Shown piece by piece: positions 57,739-64,000 of a stretch of 64,000 nucleotides of DNA. The notes beneath the pieces were generated by a model. The model was not told the DNA's origin. It did not search any database and worked only from the letters and a program-made list of their open reading frames with translations. A program made the translations under genes and the position numbers. This stretch comes from Octopus vulgaris (lineage: Eukaryota), in the NCBI GenBank assembly GCA_951406725.2, contig OX597835.1, positions 30,752,001-30,816,000 on the forward strand. Reading direction: 5' to 3'. Position 1 is the stretch's first letter. The number at the start of each line of letters is the position of its first letter.

Positions 57739-58190
57739 GAGTAAGAGAGCAGTACACACCATCAAAGTGATGCTATGGGACAAATATACGAAGCCCAATA
57801 TACCCATCATGACTACCTATCTGGTAAGAGAGCACCTGGCACATACATCATAACCATATATGAGCGATATGTTGATTTCATATCAATACAAAATCGCATG
57901 GCCTTGCAAATGGGGCCCAGTTAGAATTTCCTTCAGCTCGAGTAGCCCATCTTTTTCCAGTTCTCCCTGAATGAGGGATGTTTAAGGGTGATGAACAAAA
58001 CCGCCATGCTTCCCCAAAACTCCTGCTCGTCATCCCTTGAGGGAAATTCCTAACTTGTGAATCTGTGGTACTGAGCAGAATATTTGTTGTAGCCATCATC
58101 TACACCAACACAAAATATGTACATGTTTATACTTCCAAACAGTTAAGATCAGAAGACTTGAAAAACACTTCCTGATACTGTATCCCGGCA
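57739..58190. mobile_element. Non-coding insertion embedded in an (ATT)n array
   Basis: About 450 bp of complex sequence bounded by (ATT)n on both sides. Confidence 0.55.
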
Positions 58191-58240
58191 TGATACTTAT
58201 TATTATTATTGTTATTATTATTATTATGATTATTATTATA

Positions 58241-58690
58241 GGCGCAAGAGAGGCTGTGTGGTAAGTAGCTTGCTTACCAACCACATGGTTCCGGGTTCAG
58301 TCCCACTGCTTGGCACCTTGGGCAAGTGTCTTCTACGATAACCTCGGGCCGACCAAAGCCTTGTGAGTGGATTTAGTAGACGAAAACTGAAAGAAGTCCG
58401 TCGTATATGTATATATATATATATATGTGTGTGCGTGTGTGTGTGTGTGTGTGTCTGTGTGTGTGTTTGTGTGTATCTGTGTGTGTCTGTGTGTGTGTCT
58501 GTGTTTGTCCTCCCAACATCGCTTGATAACCGATGCTGGTGAGTTTACGTCCTTGTAGCTTAGCGGTTCGGCAAAAAAAAACCCCGATAGAAGAAGTACT
58601 AGGCTTACAAAGAACAAGTCTGGGGATCGATTTGCTCGACTAAAAGCGGTGCTCCAGCATGGCCTCGGTCAAATGACTGAAACAAGTAAA
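58241..58690 (+). mobile_element. SINE family B, full length
   Basis: Head, CORE-like segment, (TA)(TG) and tail. Confidence 0.95.
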
Positions 58691-58703
58691 ATATTTATTA
58701 TTA

Positions 58704-58767
<64 letters not shown>

Positions 58768-58958
58768 CGTTCCGTAGTTTTACATGATTTTATTGTTGGT
58801 AAATTTAAGCAACAAAATCATATATGGACCCTTAATTGTCAAGTGTACCCCTGTTCAAAATCACTTTATTTTATCCTTGAATTAGTTAATTTTCATTACA
58901 ATAACTATATATATATCCATATATATACTTGTATATATCGATATGTATGTATATATAT

Positions 58959-59040
<82 letters not shown>

Positions 59041-59114
59041 TTATCATTTACTGTCGGGAAAAACGTATTCATTCCCGTAGCAGAAATTAATATTTTTGTT
59101 TCGTCTAGTGAGTT

Positions 59115-59160
59115 CCATACAACTCCGAGTTTCGACTGCACTGGCTCTTCAGACTAGTTA
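59115..59160 (-). ncRNA. Hammerhead ribozyme core (stems I and II eroded)
   Basis: CTGAAGA-G-ccagtgcagt-C-GAA-ACTC-G-GAGT-T; stem III resembles those of the 39.5-39.9 kb elements. Confidence 0.55.
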
Positions 59161-59319
59161 TGACTTGCCCGAAAATCTTATGCACACACAAGTGAAAACT
59201 CAGATTAGTAAGGATCTAACTTAACCCCCAAAAAAATTTCATATCCATATACATACTATTATATATGTGTATATCCATATACAATTATAGTGATAGCAAA
59301 TTTTTGTTTAAAGTACGGG

Positions 59320-59494
59320 AAGTGGTTTAGTCGATGACATTGACCGCAGTGCACAACTTAAACTCACTTTATCAGTTTCGAAATGAATACATGAAAGGCA
59401 AAGTGAACCTTGGCGGATTTTGAACTTGAAGCATAAATGGCGCTATGGATTATGTATATTGCCTGGCGTCCTAACGATTCTGCCAACTCACCGT
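59320..59494 (-). mobile_element. SINE family A (degenerate)
   Basis: atgaaaggcaaagtgaaccttggcgga and ctaacgattctgccaactcacc. Confidence 0.75.
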
Positions 59495-59948
59495 CTTCAT
59501 GTCTATGTGTATGTATGTGTATGTGTGTGTATGTATATATATATATATATTAAAATACACAACACACACACATATATATATATATATAAATATGTATGTG
59601 TGTGTGTCTGTGTGATATACATGTGTATATATATATGTATATATATATATAGCGTGTATGTAACTTTGTGTAAATATGTATGTGTGTGGAAAGAAATACT
59701 TTTCGATTTGAATTAATAATGACCATTTTGAAATTAAGGATTAAAAGAAGAACCTGACGTATCTAAATTAGAATCTTCTCGACTATGAGAATCGTTATAG
59801 CTCTGAATCGTTAGTTTCTGGGTTCAAAGCACACAGACAATGCTGAAAATCATCCCCACTTTTTTTTGTTCTGGGAGGCACAAACACTATAGGTGTCTTC
59901 TTCTTCTTCTTCTTCTTCTTCTTCTTCTTCTTCGTCTTCTTCTTCTTC

Positions 59949-59998
<50 letters not shown>

Positions 59999-60001
<3 letters not shown>

Positions 60002-60496
60002 TAGTTTTATTTTTATTTTTATAGCGTGCTTTCACTTCACTACCGAGCGCAGCTCTATGTGCCTTGGGTATGTGCTATGATTTGTTGTGATGCTCTGATG
60101 GTTATTGTATGGAAAGTGTTCTGCGTAGGATGTGGGCAGTGCCTAGTAGTGCAATTTTCTGTATGTTATATGTGTTTGTAAGTCCTGGTGTTTTTGTTAT
60201 GTATTTGTCTGAATATTTTTTTATCATGCCTAATGCACCTACTATGATAGGAATTGTTTCTGTTTTCAGATTCCACATTCTAGTTACCTCTATTTCCAGG
60301 TCTTTGTATTTTGAGAGTTTCTCCATTTCTTTTAGAGACACGTTGTCATCTGCCGGTATTGATACATCAATTAAAAAGCATTTTTTTCTTCATGATCTCT
60401 GACAACTATATCTGGTCTGTTGGCCTTAATTTCTCTATCTGTGTGTATCGGCATATCCCAGAGTATGGTTGCTTTCTCGTTTTCTGTGACCTTTTT
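59999..60496 (-). mobile_element. Young 5'-truncated R4/Dong LINE (RLE endonuclease domain and 3' UTR) inside (TAA)n
   Basis: ATILWDMPIHTDREIKANRPDIVV..CFLIDVSIPADDNVSLKEMEKLSKYKDLEIEVTRMW..IPIIVGALG..IQKIALLGTAHILRRTL*; one 1-bp frameshift in an A-run; (ATT)n on both flanks. Confidence 0.93.
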
Positions 60497-60503
60497 ATTA
60501 TTA

Positions 60504-60548
<45 letters not shown>

Positions 60549-61459
60549 CATTATTATTCGTCTTCTTCTTCTTCTTCTTCTTCTTCTTCTTCTTCTTCTT
60601 CTTCTTCTTCTTCTTCTTCTTCTTCTTCTTTCTACTTCTCCTTCTCCTTCTCCTTCTTCTTCCTCTTCTTCTCCTTCTCCTTCTTCTTCTTCTTCTTCTT
60701 CTTCTTCTTCTCTTTCTTTTTCTTCTTCTTCTTCTTCCTTTAATTTTCCCCTTCCTCTCAGCCCCCACTCTCTCTCTTTCTCAGAACCAAGGACGCAGAA
60801 TTGCGAATATGTTGCAATGAAGAACTCACAGTTTCGCCATCCTCCAACACAATAAAACACTGTCAGACCAACAGCTAATTACCTCTCATTTCAAGAGCCG
60901 GGAATCTCAACCAAACACAGACTCAGTATTCTGAACAGCATGAAAAGATTTCAAAACGGAAAAAAATCTTCACTACATTTTTATCTTCATTTAAAAGACA
61001 CCTGCATATCAGCTTTTCATTCTCTTTCTTTCCCACTCTCTTTCACTCTCACCCTCTCTCTCTCTCTCTCTCGCCATCTGTCTGCCTATCTGCCTCAAAG
61101 CCTATGTGTCTGTCAATCTGCCTGCCTGTCTGTCTGTCTGTCTGACACACAATCCTCCACACCACCCTTACCTGTAAAATCTTCTTGTAACCCTATCATT
61201 CTAACATTGTGGAATGTCATATTAAAGGTTATTAATTCACTAAATAAATATATACATTTCATTCTGTTTGTGAGTGTTGGTGTTATTTTATTTTCTCCGT
61301 ATACGTGTATGCTCGGCTATTATATATATCCACATATGTATGTGCGCGTGCGTGTGCGTGAGTGTGTGTGTGTGTGTGTGTGTGTGTAGTTGTAAAATAT
61401 CTATAGTTATACACAAACACACACATATATATATATATACATATAAATATGTACATATA

Positions 61460-61557
<98 letters not shown>

Positions 61558-61714
61558 TATATATCCTTTTACTAGTTTCAGTCATTGGACTGCGGTCATT
61601 CTGCAGCACCTCATGTATGTGTATGTCTGCATGTATGTATGTATATATGTATGTATGTATGTATGTATCTATCTATCTATCTATCTATCTCTATATATAT
61701 ATATGTGTGTGTGT

Positions 61715-61760
<46 letters not shown>

Positions 61761-62055
61761 ATATGTATATGTATATGTGCTTTGTTTTTTTAAATATGTA
61801 CGTGCACGCACACAAACACATATGCATACATGCATAAACATAGATATATGTAGACACACATATATACATATACATATACAGTTAGGCGATGGCTCAGCTG
61901 ACCGAAACTTCGCAGTCACTTGTATAATTACAATTGTGGAAGAATAGTCTTTTACTTTACAAAACGTATTGTGCTAATTATTCAGCTTAATGTAATGTTG
62001 TTTTATTATAAACTAACATAAAAAATAAATAACCTGTCTCTCATAGTATCTATCC

Positions 62056-62123
<68 letters not shown>

Positions 62124-62154
62124 ATCTATCTATCTATGTATCTATCTATCTATG

Positions 62155-62252
<98 letters not shown>

Positions 62253-62746
62253 ACTATATAAATCCCTATCTGTCTCTCCCTGTCTGTGTATATATACACA
62301 CACACGCACACACTCACACACAGATACTAACTGAACTGAAGAATTAATTTTCTTCCCAATGGAATGACGATAACGGCTGTTTGTCATTGCATTTTGTAGA
62401 AGTCAGCGAGAGATAATAGTAAATATTTTGTAACTGCTAAAATCGTTGTCATCACATGTTCCATGATTAATCCCGTGTTATCCTTATAACATTCTATATT
62501 TCATTTGTTCAACTTATAAAGATTTCATCTACCGACATTGCTATTTACTACAAAGGTAGAATATGCCATTTGGTTCAGAAGATGCGTTTGAGAATGTCTC
62601 CAAACTTTAATGGTTATGGGAGAAATATTTTCTCAAACAAAATTTTAATGACGAGTTAGGAAAAGCATTTAATAGTAGACATATAACTAATATATCAGGA
62701 GATAAGTATTTTTGTGGGAGGCGTGTATGTGCGAGTGAATTATATA

Positions 62747-62789
<43 letters not shown>

Positions 62790-62807
62790 CTTACATATAT
62801 GCATATG

Positions 62808-62839
<32 letters not shown>

Positions 62840-62853
62840 TGTATGTATGTATG

Positions 62854-62890
<37 letters not shown>

Positions 62891-62952
62891 TTATAAAAAA
62901 GGAGTTTGAAAACACCACTATATAAGATAAATTTTGATTTTCTTAGAAAGTT

Positions 62953-63500
62953 TACATGTTTCGGTTCTTCTTGAAAAAACGAACCTTATCCAAAAAAATT
63001 TTTAAAGTTAACTGTAATAAAAAAGTTCATAATTGATTCTTACTAGTATCAACAGAATCCACGTGGTGGTTTTTTGTGGAGAGGAAGCATAATAGCTGTC
63101 TTATGTGTTGACTAAACTTGGAGAAAAAAATATATATATGTACTTATATATAAGAGAATCATATGCCGTTACATATTTATGTAAGATATACTAGAAAGAC
63201 TGGCTCCTGAGTTTGGAATTGAAAACTACACCAACTACCGAAGTAGGCGTCACAGTGTTGTATCAAAGTTCCCATTTACTCCATCTTGTATATGAACCCA
63301 GTATTGTAACAAATCGGGGTTCAAAGAATGACAGCTATTCAGCGTTCTCGCAAACAGCCGCGAGATTTTGCGAGATGTAGATCTAAATCTATCAAAGTGC
63401 GTCTGGACGAATCTTCTATCACCGATACAATTTGAACCCCAATCGTGGCAGAGACAGTAAGCAACATCAGCTCTGTCGAACTCTCTACTCAATCATTAAC
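62953..63500 (-). mobile_element. Degenerate Penelope-like element: GIY-YIG remnant and downstream eroded hammerhead
   Basis: ORF 63250-63492 DVAYCLCHDWGSNCIGDRRFVQT...LNSCHSLNPD resembles VVY.I.C.DC...YIG.T.R.L.TR...H; 62953-62992 reads TGGATAA-ggttc...gaacc-GAA-ACATGT-A. Confidence 0.6.
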
Positions 63501-63661
63501 AATAAAGGAGAGTAACCCAAGCACATTGAAAGGAGGCGCTCCAGCGTGGACTTGGCGTTTGGTTGAAAATAAGAAAACAATAAAATTATGTACCTAAATA
63601 TACACACACATATATATATGTATATATATATGTATATATACATATACATATATATATATAT

Positions 63662-63693
<32 letters not shown>

Positions 63694-63769
63694 TCACACA
63701 CACACACACCTATATATATTTATGTATATACGTATATACATATATATATGTATATATGTATGTATCTAT

Positions 63770-63877
<108 letters not shown>

Positions 63878-64000
63878 GTGTAATACGTTATTTGAAGTGT
63901 GTCGCAAAGTATATGGAATCGAAGGAAGAACGAAATGTAAACGAGGATATCGACAGATAGATGAATAGACAGATAAATAGATAAAGAGATTGATAGAACG

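Noticed and set aside
60770-60940. Polypyrimidine tract plus CAG acceptor, candidate exon
   Set aside because: All three frames stop within about 100 nt and there is no clear donor site.

Overview
AT-rich eukaryotic non-coding DNA, probably intergenic or part of a large intron. It is dominated by microsatellites ((TA)n, (TG)n, (TATC)n, (ATT)n, (ACC)n, (GA)n) and by fragments of transposable elements. The repeat content looks like a cephalopod (Octopus-type) genome; this is my inference from recalled repeat families, not a database result. I can support no intact host protein-coding gene, and nearly all ORFs in the track are translated microsatellites. Supported elements include: many copies of two tRNA-derived SINE families plus three minor SINEs; three R4/Dong-clade LINE 3' remnants, two of them abutting TAA arrays; RTE- and CR1/L2-like remnants; a mariner 5' half; hAT elements and MITEs; and three Penelope-like (GIY-YIG) remnants. 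The most notable signal is a set of minimal type I hammerhead-ribozyme motifs (CUGANGA-stem II-GAAA-palindromic stem III-UH) next to (TA)n tracts. Some lie downstream of Penelope GIY-YIG remnants, and others lie in short non-coding fold-back elements with ribozyme copies in inverted arms (about 11.7-11.9 kb and 39.4-39.9 kb). A second fold-back made of two divergent tRNA-like heads lies at about 10.4-10.75 kb. Boundaries of degenerate elements are approximate.
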